A DNA stretch of 64,000 nucleotides from an uncultured Spirochaetota bacterium. Its GTDB lineage: Bacteria; Spirochaetota; Brevinematia; Brevinematales; JAOACQ01. Positions 1-11,802 of this stretch are shown here, piece after piece. The position numbers and the translations under genes are program-made. The notes under the pieces are model-generated. The model made no database searches. It worked only from the letters and a program-made list of their open reading frames with translations, and was not told the DNA's origin. Position 1 is the first letter of the stretch, and each line of letters starts with the position of its first letter. The stretch covers positions 96,001 through 160,000 of the forward strand of contig CAWIGG010000006.1 in assembly GCA_963835575.1 (NCBI GenBank). The letters run 5' to 3'.

Positions 1-72
1 ATAATAAGGGAAGCAGTATGAAAAGTGCTGTTTTCATTACATTATCTCCTTTTTTATGGGAATAATCGTATT

Positions 73-280
73 AAGGGCAGTTCCAAAAACTAAAAATTTA
101 TCAGATATTTCCACAACAGGTTTTGGAACTGCCCCGATTAAAAAATTCCTTGTGAATGCAAATGGCGCTACCGTATAGAGTTCGCTGGTCGGCTTTCTTT
201 TCAGACAGCGAACTCGAGCGGTAGCATGAACTCATACAATAGCGGCAGTTCTAAATATTTGAGTTTTTAGAACTGCCCTT
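73..280. mobile_element. 208-bp MITE-like element, copy 1
   Basis: Terminal inverted repeats AAGGGCAGTTC(C/T)AAAAACT; internal TIR copies and hairpin GCTACCG..GAGTTCGCTG..CAGCGAACTC..CGGTAGC; diverged copy of the same length at 56464-56671. Confidence 0.75.
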
Positions 281-560
281 TAATAATTATGATCTATATG
301 GGGAAAATTATACTTGAGGTCAAGATTAAAATCAAAAATCGATGTTTAATCAAAATAGAGCTTCCGGTTTTTATTAAATAAATTCCCGGTTCAGCCTGAA
401 ATTGTCAAAATAGAGTTGAATGATACGGATTTAAAAAAAAGACGGGAACTGATCGTTCAAACAGGGCCGGGAAAGCGGTTCTTCAGACGGCCTGCAAGTG
501 AAAGTAAATTTAAATTCTTTCTTATGTTTTCAATATTTTAATAATTAGAAAACATTCTCT

Positions 561-1067
561 TTAAAAAGTCAATGCGAACACGGTCGCGCTCACGTTCATA
601 TTCTGTGTCGACGTGCCGTCCCAGGTGGAAATAGCCCAGACCTCCGCCATTGACAATAATACGGAATAGATATAATAGAGATCATCATCGCTGTAAATTA
701 AATAATTAAAAACATTCGCGCTGATAAAAGCGAGGTCCCATAAATTGTTTTTAAAAAACAGATTTGCCACAGGATTCATTTCATTGTTTCTGATATCCAA
801 ACCGTCGACGATATGGGTTTTGTAGAGGCCCGGTTTTGTATATACATAAATGTCCTGATATATAAGATAAACCGCCTGGCTGTAATTGAACATCTTCAGA
901 AGCTGATAGTCGCTCCGGGTTTCGCTTTTTTGTACCGGAGGTTCGGCCAAAGTTTCCATTATTGCTGTCTGATTATCGCTTAAAATACCAATATCTTCTA
1001 ATAAGAACCCGTTTTGAACGGGATGAAGCGTTAAAAGGGAATTTATAATCAAATTTGTAACCGCCAT
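561..1067 (-). CDS. hypothetical protein
   Basis: 168-aa ORF with GGGGAG RBS upstream of ATG; C-terminal Phe. Confidence 0.65.
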   Translation of the reverse strand: MAVTNLIINSLLTLHPVQNGFLLEDIGILSDNQTAIMETLAEPPVQKSETRSDYQLLKMFNYSQAVYLIYQDIYVYTKPGLYKTHIVDGLDIRNNEMNPVANLFFKNNLWDLAFISANVFNYLIYSDDDLYYIYSVLLSMAEVWAISTWDGTSTQNMNVSATVFALTF

Positions 1068-1218
1068 AAAAGGCTCCCCGAAAACCTTCCTTAATTTGAT
1101 TAAAATTCCTTTCGCGGCTGTTAGTAAAACTCATTTACATTTGAGAGGATTTTCTATACTATATACGCATAAAACAGTCCATTGACGAATTATGTGATAA
1201 AAGAAACAGATAATGATA

Positions 1219-2863
1219 CCCGGATTATTCACCTGAAAAAAAGTATAAAAAAAGCCGCGTAACTTTACTCTTTATGATATAATTAATTGCGACCTAAAAA
1301 TACCCCAAAGAGGAGATACGCGGTGAAAACAGTATGTCATAAACAAGAAGAAAAATCAAGCGGTTTTGCCTTTTTAGGCAAGACTATTGAGATGGACTGG
1401 AACGGCGGCGACATATCCACTGACGGCGGGCTGTTTCTGGTATCCGGGCTCTTAAAAAAGACCGGAATTATCAATAGAATATCCGGTTGTATTGAGGATT
1501 GCAGGGACCAGGACCGGATAATTCATGAAATGAGTGAATTGATCGGACAACGGGTCAGCCAAATGATCATGGGGTATGAAGACACCAACGACGCGGGAGT
1601 ATTACGGTATGACCCGATGTTTAAATTCGCGGCAGGGCGTTTACCTGAAAGCGGAGATACCCTGTCCAGCCAGCCGACGCTGTCCAGGCTTGAGAACAGC
1701 ATAAACCTTCGGGATATAACGAAGCTTGATTTCTGTATGACGGACTGGTACATTGACAGCTTGATAGAGCGTAAAGCGGAAAGTGTTGTTCTTGACATAG
1801 ACGGCACGGATGATCCGACGCATGGTAAACAGGAAGGAAGCCTGTTCAACGGTTTTTATGAACAAACGATGTACTCACCGCTGATTGTTTGTGACGGAGA
1901 TACCGGAGACCTTGCGGCGATTAAACTGCGGCAGGGAAACGCGGGTCCGGCAAAGGACGCGCTTGCTATGATCAGGAGAATTGTTTTGGCAATAAGGAGG
2001 CGACAACCGGAGATCCGGATAATCCTGCGAGGTGACGCCGGATTTGAAAACCCGAAGATATACGAATATTGCGAACAAAATGATCTCCATTATATTCTGG
2101 GAATAAAGGGTTACCGGAGATTGGAGAAGAGGACAAGAAAGCTATCCCGCAGGGCAAAGACATATTTTCAAAAAAGCGGGAAAGAAAAGACGCTTCATAC
2201 GAATTTCAAATACCGTGCACAAAGCTGGGAAAAAGAACGAATGATTATCGCCCGGATACGCTGCAATGAATTGGGACAGGACACCCGTTATCTGATAACC
2301 AATTGGAAATTTTCAAAGGCAAGGTATGCATACAGATTCTATGCGAAGCGTGGAGATATGGAAAACCGGATCAAGGAACTGAAAAAGGATATGAATCTTG
2401 ACCGTTTGAGCTGCCATCGATATATGGCAAATTATTTCCGGCTGATTCTTGCGGGTTTTGCCTATCAATGCATGCAGCGCTTAAGGAAGGGATTGAAAGG
2501 TACAGAATATGAGAAAGCGCAAGCCGACACTATACGGTTAAAAATTCTGAAAGTTGCTGTACAGGTAAAAGAAACAGTCCGGAGAGTATGGCTGCATTTT
2601 TGCTCAAGTTTCACTGAAAAAGCGGTATTTCAAAGGCTCTCGGACAGCTTTGCGTAATGAAAGCCTTTCTGGATGTTTTTGACTCCGCTTAAAGAAGGGG
2701 GAAACTGCGCCCTTGTAACTGCAAAAAACAGATTTTTGAAAAGTTAGAAAGGATTGGACGGAAAAACGGAAGGTTAACTGACAAATTTATGCGGCCGCTT
2801 GAACAGCCGGGCAGTTTTTTATAGAAAATACACCCTCTGTGGGGGTGAGATGAATAATGCGGG
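1219..2863 (+). mobile_element. IS1380-family insertion sequence, copy 1 (1645 bp)
   Basis: TIR CCCGGATTATTCA / TGAATAATGCGGG; matches reverse copy at 51872-53516; only 3-bp ATA shared by the flanks. Confidence 0.93.
1323..2657 (+). CDS. IS1380-family DDE transposase
   Basis: Motifs GGDISTDGG, LDIDGTDD..HGKQEG, LRGDAGF, RGDMENRIKE; likely GTG start after GAGGAG (ORF track begins at 1287). Confidence 0.95.
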   Translation: MKTVCHKQEEKSSGFAFLGKTIEMDWNGGDISTDGGLFLVSGLLKKTGIINRISGCIEDCRDQDRIIHEMSELIGQRVSQMIMGYEDTNDAGVLRYDPMFKFAAGRLPESGDTLSSQPTLSRLENSINLRDITKLDFCMTDWYIDSLIERKAESVVLDIDGTDDPTHGKQEGSLFNGFYEQTMYSPLIVCDGDTGDLAAIKLRQGNAGPAKDALAMIRRIVLAIRRRQPEIRIILRGDAGFENPKIYEYCEQNDLHYILGIKGYRRLEKRTRKLSRRAKTYFQKSGKEKTLHTNFKYRAQSWEKERMIIARIRCNELGQDTRYLITNWKFSKARYAYRFYAKRGDMENRIKELKKDMNLDRLSCHRYMANYFRLILAGFAYQCMQRLRKGLKGTEYEKAQADTIRLKILKVAVQVKETVRRVWLHFCSSFTEKAVFQRLSDSFA

Positions 2864-3945
2864 ATAAAAGTCCAATATTCTGAAAATTAACTTATGAAAT
2901 CAATTAAGAAAGGGAAACTTGAAAAACGCTCAGTTTAACATGAGAAGTGCGTCAATATGCCGCAGGTCCCATGAAAAACATCGAAAATCTGTATGCCAGT
3001 TATGCCTGAAATACCGGGTAAGGCTATCAATCCAGGTCTTTTTTATTCACCTCAAAGATCAATGTCTTTTCCGCGATCTGCTTGACGGTTTTTCCCACGC
3101 AGCCGCGGGGGATCAGCCAGCAGACAGCCCTTTCGCCTTTAAAATACTTCATCGCCGAAGTCAGGGCTTTTTTAAGCGAATAAGGTTTGGTCGAGACAAT
3201 ATTGGTCATGATCATCAGCCAGTTGACGGAGTAGTGGCTGATGTTTGAGCCCTGCTTTAAAAGCTGCGTGACGGAAGGGCCGGACGTCTTCTTTTTCGCG
3301 TGGCCGAAATCAGGCGCTTCCGCTTTCCCGACAGGGTTGAGCTTTACCGCCCTGCAGAAATCGGAGGATGCCCACTCTGCGACAGCTTTAGAAGAAGCGA
3401 TTTTGGAATAATTACAGCCGTATATATCGATGATCAACTCAAAAGCGGACGAAAAACCCTCTTCCACTGGAAGCTTGAAATCTTTTGAAAAGACTTTTGA
3501 GACTTCTGTCATTTTAGGGAGCAGAACAGTGCCGGCGGGCAGAAGCTTTTTATTGTCCTTAGCAAGACAGGCTTCATATATAAAGCTTTTCTTGCGGATC
3601 TCCCTGACATCTGAAAACGACCCGCGGGGAACATGCCAGCAAATGCCGTTCATGGCCCCGTAATAAGACAGTGTATAGGAAACGGCGTCTTCAACCGGAA
3701 GATAGGCGCATGTAAAACAGTTCGCGCATCCTGTCGCTCCATACTGCCTGTAATTGATGGCGCTAGTCTCTATATACTGAACGAGCGTATCGCCCTCGCC
3801 GAATTCCCGGTTTGAGACCATGGGCTCGCCGTAGGCGATCATATTGATGGCCTCGCATGTTTCTCTGCTCCATCTCGCTATTCTGGAGACGGAAGGGATT
3901 TTTTTGCTGCCGAGCGCGATGTCCATGACGGCTTCCTCGCCATAT

Positions 3946-4818
<873 letters not shown>

Positions 4819-4942
4819 TTTATTTTCCTTTTCAAAGCCTTTCCAGCCGGTTTAAACAAAAAACCCGGTTTAAAAGGCCGTATTAAACGGCTTGATGAAA
4901 ATGAGATAATTCATTTACTCATCATCAAAAAAGCCGGACATA

Positions 4943-4971
4943 ATTTTATTATAATAAGCGGAGAATGTCAA
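4943..4971 (-). promoter_or_regulatory. sigma70-type promoter of speE
   Basis: TTGACA-17 bp-TAAAAT on the minus strand about 125 nt upstream of the speE ATG. Confidence 0.55.
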
Positions 4972-5136
4972 GAAGGGGGAATTGAAGGGTAAATTGATAT
5001 TGTGAATAAAATTTCATTTTTTCTTTTTGGAGATGGATCAGAAGGATATATAAAAAATAAATTTGAAAATATTTTCACAGTTAATTAAAATAAATATAAA
5101 TGATTTATCTATGATCAATTAAAAAGGAGGGAATTT

Positions 5137-6552
5137 ATGCGTATTATTATTTTGAGTTTTCTTACGTTTATGTTTCTCCTTGTCCTGGGCGGTTGTTCCC
5201 TGAAGTCCGGGGGCGGCGGGAACTCGGGCGGAACGGGTACACAGAATTCTTCATCGAGCGTAGTTTCTCTGTCTTTTCCGGCCGGAACGGCCGGTGTTTC
5301 CACTAATATCGGAAGCCTGACAATTTCAATTCCCTCAGGCGCGCTGGACCACAACGAAACAATAACGGTCATTCCGTATTTTTATTCTTCAGAACTGGCG
5401 GCGGTCAGGGGGATCAGCCCGTTCCCTTCCGGAGTGCAGTTCCTGCCCGACGGCCTTTCCTTCCTGAAGCCGGTAACCATTGAGATACCGACCGAACTCC
5501 CCATGGCCACAAACTCGAATTACGGGATTTTTCTATTTAACAGCCTTTCCAACCGGTGGGAACAGCAGACAAATTCAGGGTTCTGCTTTGATACCGAAAT
5601 AGTCCGTTATCAGATAAGCCATTTCTGCACATACGGCGTTTCCCCATGGACCGGTGAAGGTCTCGGGACTTTCGGCCAGGTTCTTGAAACCTCCGGCGGG
5701 GATGCGGCCTATGCCGCGTTAAAGGCTTCCATTCTTCAGGGCGGAGCGATCTTCCAGATGAAAAAGAAAGTCGGCGGGGACACCTACCAGGTCTGCGGCG
5801 TCGGGTTTGACGTCCAGTACAGCTACAACGGCGACGAAGACCAGTATCTTGAAACAGTGGGCGACACCTCTTCGACAACCACCTATCTGAACTACAGCGA
5901 GGACCGTATTGCTTCCGGAGGCCAGCTGGTCTATACCGCCCTGGTGACGCTTTACTGGAAAAAAGTCGATCTGGAAAAATACAAGGTTGATATGACGTTT
6001 AGTGTTACCAGCTCGACTTTCGACCTGGGGGGCGGAGACAGCACCACGCTTTCGGGATACAGCGCCTCATTGAGCTTTACCGTCACGGTCGACCCTTCGA
6101 CAAACGGCGTGTTTGTCATCGGCATGGACCCGAACTATCCGGCGCTGGAATACAGTCCTATGAATCAAAGCCTGGGAGGCTGGACGCTGTCGACGTCGGA
6201 TTCCGATTTGTGGTTCCAGAACCTCCAGTGCCCTTCAACCCTGGACCTGGAGGATGGAATATTCGGGGAAATCACCACGGCCCCCGGAACCAGTTATTTT
6301 TTTATTTTTCCTGATGATAACATTGCCTCGGTGGAGATGTGGAGCGCTGATGAGCATGGAAATCCGGTGTATGCCACGAGTCTTTACCTGTGGGCAATAT
6401 TAAGGCAGTTTACCGACGAAACAATTGAAAACGACGGGTTCCCCATGGTTCTTTCCGACGGCTGGAGTTCAAGCGGGTCCGGCGTCATGTACGGGGATAT
6501 GGGAAGTATTTTTAACGGCAGTTATACGATCAATGTCTCCAAAGTGCAGTAA
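5137..6552 (+). CDS. lipoprotein with ZU5-like N-terminal region
   Basis: AGGAGG RBS; lipobox LGGC; Gly/Ser linker; ISIPSGAL...PDGLSFLKPVTIEIP...ISHFCTYG pattern. Confidence 0.8.
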   Translation: MRIIILSFLTFMFLLVLGGCSLKSGGGGNSGGTGTQNSSSSVVSLSFPAGTAGVSTNIGSLTISIPSGALDHNETITVIPYFYSSELAAVRGISPFPSGVQFLPDGLSFLKPVTIEIPTELPMATNSNYGIFLFNSLSNRWEQQTNSGFCFDTEIVRYQISHFCTYGVSPWTGEGLGTFGQVLETSGGDAAYAALKASILQGGAIFQMKKKVGGDTYQVCGVGFDVQYSYNGDEDQYLETVGDTSSTTTYLNYSEDRIASGGQLVYTALVTLYWKKVDLEKYKVDMTFSVTSSTFDLGGGDSTTLSGYSASLSFTVTVDPSTNGVFVIGMDPNYPALEYSPMNQSLGGWTLSTSDSDLWFQNLQCPSTLDLEDGIFGEITTAPGTSYFFIFPDDNIASVEMWSADEHGNPVYATSLYLWAILRQFTDETIENDGFPMVLSDGWSSSGSGVMYGDMGSIFNGSYTINVSKVQ

Positions 6553-6696
6553 AGCATCCGGAGAATGTGACATAAATTCAAGGCTTCATATCCTTCTGTC
6601 ATTAAAACGGCTTGACCGGCCAATATTATAGCCTTTGCTTAATTTGACAATTTACTACAAGTGTAGTATATTTTATCCTATTTTGAAGGAGAAAAA

Positions 6697-7455
6697 ATGC
6701 ATAGATATTTGAGGAAGGGGATTTTATTATTGATTCCATTATTGCTTGTTGTCTTCGGATTGTCATTCGGCGAAAGCCCCGGTACCGATCCTCTCTGGCA
6801 GAAAGCCGTTGAAATTGCCGGTAAAAACACAAACTGGATCCCCGGAAGTATGGTTATAAAAAACTATGTGCTGGAAGACAATGGTAATGTCAAGAAAGCC
6901 GAGGAAATAACAATGAAAGTATACCTGGATGAGAGCAATCAGCTTAAATCGGATATGGTAAAATATCTGGAAAACGGTGTTGACGTGACGGAAAGAAAGA
7001 AAAATGATATTGAGCAGGCGCAGAGGAGAAATAGGAGTACCAATCAAGGTCAGGGGATGGTTGTGGGCTTTGATAATTTGATTCCTTTCATGCCGGGCGA
7101 ACAGACAAATATCTCGCTCAGCAATACCGGCCGGAAAGTGACCTATGAAAACAGGGAATTCATCATTTACGACTATAAAAGAATAATGATTAGAGGCGAA
7201 AGACAGATTGGCAGGGCCTGGCTCGATTCTGTAACAGGCATACCTCTGAAAATCGTTTATACCGTCGATCCGCTTCCGCAGTATGTATTCAGGATAACGA
7301 ACGAGGTGGTGTTTCAGACCGGCAGAAAAGGCGGATGGTATCCCGAAAGACTGACCGTGGACGGCTCCGGAGGATTCATTCTGTTTAAAATGAATATGAA
7401 CAGCACGACATTCTTCTCAGATTTCTGGAACCAGGATAAAGTTAAGAAGAAATAA
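6697..7455 (+). CDS. secreted hypothetical protein
   Basis: AAGGAG RBS, signal peptide, beta-rich 252-aa ORF. Confidence 0.8.
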   Translation: MHRYLRKGILLLIPLLLVVFGLSFGESPGTDPLWQKAVEIAGKNTNWIPGSMVIKNYVLEDNGNVKKAEEITMKVYLDESNQLKSDMVKYLENGVDVTERKKNDIEQAQRRNRSTNQGQGMVVGFDNLIPFMPGEQTNISLSNTGRKVTYENREFIIYDYKRIMIRGERQIGRAWLDSVTGIPLKIVYTVDPLPQYVFRITNEVVFQTGRKGGWYPERLTVDGSGGFILFKMNMNSTTFFSDFWNQDKVKKK

Positions 7456-7544
7456 TCAGGGCAAAAGTTAATAACCAAAGAGATGTGAATTTCACCAAGA
7501 AGAACGGACCAATTTTTCCTGGTGCCGCTTCAATATTGAATCTT

Positions 7545-7571
7545 CCGCTAAGCCGCGCGAAGTCACGCCAA
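7545..7571 (+). repeat. solo triple-unit arm of the CGCTAAG type
   Basis: CCGCTAAG CCG CGCGAAG TCA CGCCAA matches the left arm at 16671-16698. Confidence 0.55.
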
Positions 7572-7603
7572 TAATTAAAAAGTATTCTTGAAAAATTAAT
7601 AAT

Positions 7604-7685
7604 TTCACACAGGGCCCACAGAGTTCGCGGAGCTATAATAAAGATTAACTTGAAAACTCTGTGTCCTCTGTGAACTCTGTATGAA
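7604..7685. repeat. empty triple-unit inverted-arm cassette (CACAGAG type)
   Basis: Left TTCACACAGGG CCCACAGAG TTCGCGGAG; right CTCTGTGTC CTCTGTGAA CTCTGTATGAA; 24-nt spacer. Confidence 0.7.
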
Positions 7686-7713
7686 AAACAAATACCAATC
7701 TATCCTTCTTTTA

Positions 7714-9641
7714 CTAATAGTTGGAAATCCATTCCGCGCAGCAGATGTTGCTGTTGGAAAGATTGGTCCCGTACATTGCGATAATATTATCGTAAATCGC
7801 TTTTGCCGCGGCAGAAGAATTATGGTATGGGCACAGGCAGATCCCTTCATCTTCCTTTACTATGATAATATGGACAGCCGTACGGCCCGACCAATAGATC
7901 GCCGATTACGGTCCCGGGGCTGACCTCCTGGCCGGCTGAAACTTTGATCGCGTTCAATTGATTTGTCAGGAACCCTATCGCCGCGCTTGGTTCGAAGACC
8001 AGGCTGACTGTATAGGAACTGTTAATATAAATATTCACTGAAACCATAATCTGGTAAGGCGGAGTGGAAAGGCTGTTGGTATTGTAATTGATATATTGTA
8101 TAGTCCCGTAAGTCGGCGATATGATAGCGCTTTTTGTCAGATTGGTTTTAATTTTGAGGTCGATGCCGTTATGCGGCTTGCCCGGGCCGCTCCAGTCCGG
8201 GGTCGCGAACGCGGCCACGTAATCAATATCATCCGGGTGCGCGTAATGAAATTCCAGCGGCATAAATGTGAATTCCTTAAAGCCGCCGGGAACATCTGGC
8301 AGATTGTTCGTGTCCCTGCCGAAGGCTAAAACGGTACCGTTTGTTACGCTGAAGTCGGAAGGCCTCGGTATGTCTCCCGGCTGGTTGACTTTATAGAGTA
8401 AAACGCCGTTTGACAGCTGGTAGATCCCCGGAAATGTTTTGCCGTTATAATTTGTGTCGCTCGCGGATGTTATTGTAAAATTTATTATTTTCGGGACGGT
8501 GTTCGTGTTTAAGTTTATTATTCCCGCGAAGAGCATCGTATTCGCGTTATTTCCCAATAGACAGTAATTTCCGGAAAGCGTCATATGCCAGGTTTTACCG
8601 TACCAAACGCCTTCCAGTTCTGTTTCAGACGCCGGCTTCATATTTCCCATGCCGTTGCCATGGAATTGAGAGGCCGAGCTGGGGATTTCCGATTCGGCGG
8701 GAGTGTCGGTAATGATGTCGAAATATTCCCCTCCGGCGACCATGGCGTCAACATCCCCTTGATAAAGAGAAGAAGTTGAATTACTGCCTGCGTCGCTCAT
8801 GCCCTGTAATGTTGATACGTCCGCGTCCGACGGGAAATCGAAGTATTTTTCAGCAGGGACAGAGTTATTATCCTTGATTTTAAACAGGAAGGTATTGCCG
8901 CTTCCCTTTGATATGCCGCTGCCTGCAAACCATGCCCGGTAGGAAGCGGCGCCGCCGTTCCATTTGCCTGTCAGGAGTTTGGTGAACCGGTGAGTATTTG
9001 TGTTCCCCTCCAGGTGTGTTCTTTGGGAATAAGCTGAATTCGTATATTCCACATAGCATACCAGGTCTATGTTTATATTGCCCGTTCCTTCATCAAAGTA
9101 TCCCTGCATGATGCCGCGCTCCCTCTGGCTGGAGGAATATTCACGGTACCAGCTGAGAAGGCAGTAATCAACGGTCCCGTCTTTTTTACCAGCGAAATAG
9201 TTCGCCTGGTCAGCGCTTTCCCGGTTCAGGATTTTATTATAAGTATTATCGGTCCTTCAAAAATTATAAGGAGATGTGAGTTTGATGTCCCCTGCTGAAG
9301 TGCCGCCGGTCATACATTCGTTATAAAATGATCCGGCCTGATAGAGGAATTTGTAGATGTTGTCCAGCCCGGTTTTGTTTGTGCCGCTGTCGGTACCGGG
9401 ATCATAGTCTTTAAATGTATTGTATAGTTCAAAGATCGGTCCTCCCCAATTCCAGTTTGCTCTCGACGCTTTTGATGAGCCTTCTTGAAAATCAGGAGCG
9501 GCGTTTTTAGCGGCCTCAAAAAAAATATTTTTCTGCGTATTATTATTGCCGCTGGTGCCGGTATTATTGATATTGTTTTATGCATCCTGTAAAACAAAAT
9601 GTAATTAACGCCGGAATAATCAGAGAAAGGGATTTTTTCAT
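7714..9641 (-). pseudogene. frameshifted lipoprotein gene with C-terminal M23 peptidase-like region (includes ORF 7847-9109)
   Basis: ATG 9641 with signal MKKSLSLIIPALITFCFTGC; coding sense continues across frameshifts near 9575, 9255 and 7875 to TAG 7714; HNGID motif present. Confidence 0.7.
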
Positions 9642-9826
9642 ATTCAGCCCCTCTATTAAATTGTATATCAGATAAATTACACAGACGTATGATGGAAGAG
9701 TAATTTATAGACATTTTATTATATAATAATAATCCCGGCGAAACAATAAAAAAACAGGAATGTTTAAAAACAATTTTAAATCAAATTTCCATTTTATTTA
9801 CTTTCCTTTATGACTTTATTAAAATT

Positions 9827-11746
9827 ATGCCTGAAAGATGGGGTTTTATTATGCGGTTGAAACATATTAATAAACACGTCCGGTTTTTTCATCTGATTAT
9901 TTTATGCTTTTTTTTAACGGGATTATCTTTCGGCGATGCCTGGAAGCTGGTCTGGAGCGATGAATTCAACAGCAATCAGATCGACAGGACAAAATGGAAT
10001 TTCGCGCTCGGGGGCATCGGCTTCGGAAATAATGAGCTGGAGTATTATACCGACAGGCCGCAGAACGCCTCTGTGGAAAACGGCAGTCTGATCATAAAAG
10101 CCGTAAAAGAACCCTATATGAGCTGTTCTTATACTTCGGCAAAAATGACGACGCAGAGGAAAGCATTCTGGACATACGGCCGGTTTGAGATAAGAGCGAA
10201 GCTTCCCTCGGGCAAAGGCATCTGGCCGGCATTCTGGCTGATGCCGGAGGATTGGGAAAGCCCGAATAGCGAATACGGCGGATGGCCTTCATGCGGCGAG
10301 GCTGACATTATGGAGCTGATCGGAAGCGATCCTTCGACTGTATTCGGGACCCTTCATTATGGGGTTCCCTGGACTCACACGGGAGGTTCAAACACATTGC
10401 CCGCCGGGATGAGCTTTTCCGATGATTATCATATCTTCGCCCTGGAATGGGAACCGGGAGAATTCCGCTGGTATGTTGACGGCAGGCTTTACCTGACGCA
10501 GAACAGCTGGTTCGGCAGGAGGGAGACGGAAGCTTATGAATACACATACCCGGCCCCTTTTGACCGGGATTTCTTCCTTCAGCTTAACCTGGCCGTCGGC
10601 GGGAACTGGCCGGGCAGTCCCGGCAGTAATACGCGGTTTCCTCAAACATTAGCAATTGATTATGTCCGTGTGTACCGGAAGGACAATTACCCGCCGCTGA
10701 AGGAAAGGAAGGCGCCGGTTATCACTGAAAGCGTTGTACCGCTGAGGCCGGCGCTGCCTGATGGAAATCTTATCTATAACGGGAATTTCGATGAGACAAA
10801 CATAAAAGAATACCCTCTTTACAGTGTTGTCGAGGATTCCATGATTTCGGACACAGCGGCAAACGGTTACTGGCAGTTCCTGACCGGCTTCGCGGGCGAG
10901 GGGACTTTTTCGATTAATAAAGGCGAATTCAGGGCCGGCATAAAACTGCCGGGCAGGGAAAGCTATTCCATCCAGCTTGTCCAGATCCCCATCCTGCTTG
11001 AGAAGGAAGCGGCATATAAGCTGTCCTTTGACGCCCGGGGGGAAAAACCGCGTACGATCATGGTCAAGCTGACGGAAATCGGCGGTTCCTGGACGGCTTA
11101 TTCAGGCCTGAAATTTTTCAACCTGACAACTAAAATGGAAAATTACAGCTTTGTCTTTACCATGAAAGGGGAAACGGATAAAAGGGCGCGCCTGGAATTC
11201 AATATGGGCCTGGACCTGTCATCCGTTTATCTTGATAATATCAGTTTTACAAAGATAAACAGCGCGAAGCTGGAAAAAACGCCTTTACCGGACGGCAATT
11301 ATATTTACAACGGCACGTTTGACCAGGGATCAAACAGGATGGTTGAGTGGCATTTGACGGCAGACGGCGGAGCTTCAGCAGAAGCTTCTGTTGGAAGTGA
11401 AATTCAGGAACGGAACGCAAAAATCACGATAAAAGATCCGGGGAAGGAAGCATCTTCCATAATGTTCTATCAGGAAGGACTGAGAATTGAAAAGGGAAAA
11501 TCGTATATCGTCCGGTTTTCCGCGAGGTCTTCAGAGAAGAGGAGCATCCAGGCCGGGTTAACCGGGAGCGGCAATGATCCGCGGTCTTATTACAATCAGA
11601 CGGTAATTCTTTCGCCCGATATGGAAATATACGCGCTTGAATTTAAAATGAAACAGGAGACCGATAAAAACGCGCGGCTGGTTTTCCGGCTGGGAAAAGA
11701 AAACCCGCAGGTTATTATTGACGATGTCAGTATGTTTGTAAAATAG
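9827..11746 (+). CDS. GH16 beta-1,3-glucanase-like glycoside hydrolase with two CBM4-type modules
   Basis: WKLVWSDEF, GIWPAFW, catalytic GEADIME, LNLAVGGNWPG; two NLIYNGNF/NYIYNGTF modules; signal peptide (start may be 9851). Confidence 0.92.
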   Translation: MPERWGFIMRLKHINKHVRFFHLIILCFFLTGLSFGDAWKLVWSDEFNSNQIDRTKWNFALGGIGFGNNELEYYTDRPQNASVENGSLIIKAVKEPYMSCSYTSAKMTTQRKAFWTYGRFEIRAKLPSGKGIWPAFWLMPEDWESPNSEYGGWPSCGEADIMELIGSDPSTVFGTLHYGVPWTHTGGSNTLPAGMSFSDDYHIFALEWEPGEFRWYVDGRLYLTQNSWFGRRETEAYEYTYPAPFDRDFFLQLNLAVGGNWPGSPGSNTRFPQTLAIDYVRVYRKDNYPPLKERKAPVITESVVPLRPALPDGNLIYNGNFDETNIKEYPLYSVVEDSMISDTAANGYWQFLTGFAGEGTFSINKGEFRAGIKLPGRESYSIQLVQIPILLEKEAAYKLSFDARGEKPRTIMVKLTEIGGSWTAYSGLKFFNLTTKMENYSFVFTMKGETDKRARLEFNMGLDLSSVYLDNISFTKINSAKLEKTPLPDGNYIYNGTFDQGSNRMVEWHLTADGGASAEASVGSEIQERNAKITIKDPGKEASSIMFYQEGLRIEKGKSYIVRFSARSSEKRSIQAGLTGSGNDPRSYYNQTVILSPDMEIYALEFKMKQETDKNARLVFRLGKENPQVIIDDVSMFVK

Positions 11747-11802
11747 TTTTTTTATTAGAAATAACTAATCATAGAGTATAATTCTTAAGTAATATGTGTT
11801 GT

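Noticed and set aside
2919..3248. 109-aa plus-strand ORF after IS1380
   Set aside because: Mostly antisense to the AdoMetDC-like gene and without motifs
9310..9714. 134-aa ORF as a real gene
   Set aside because: Off-frame reading of the broken lipoprotein gene that starts at 9641
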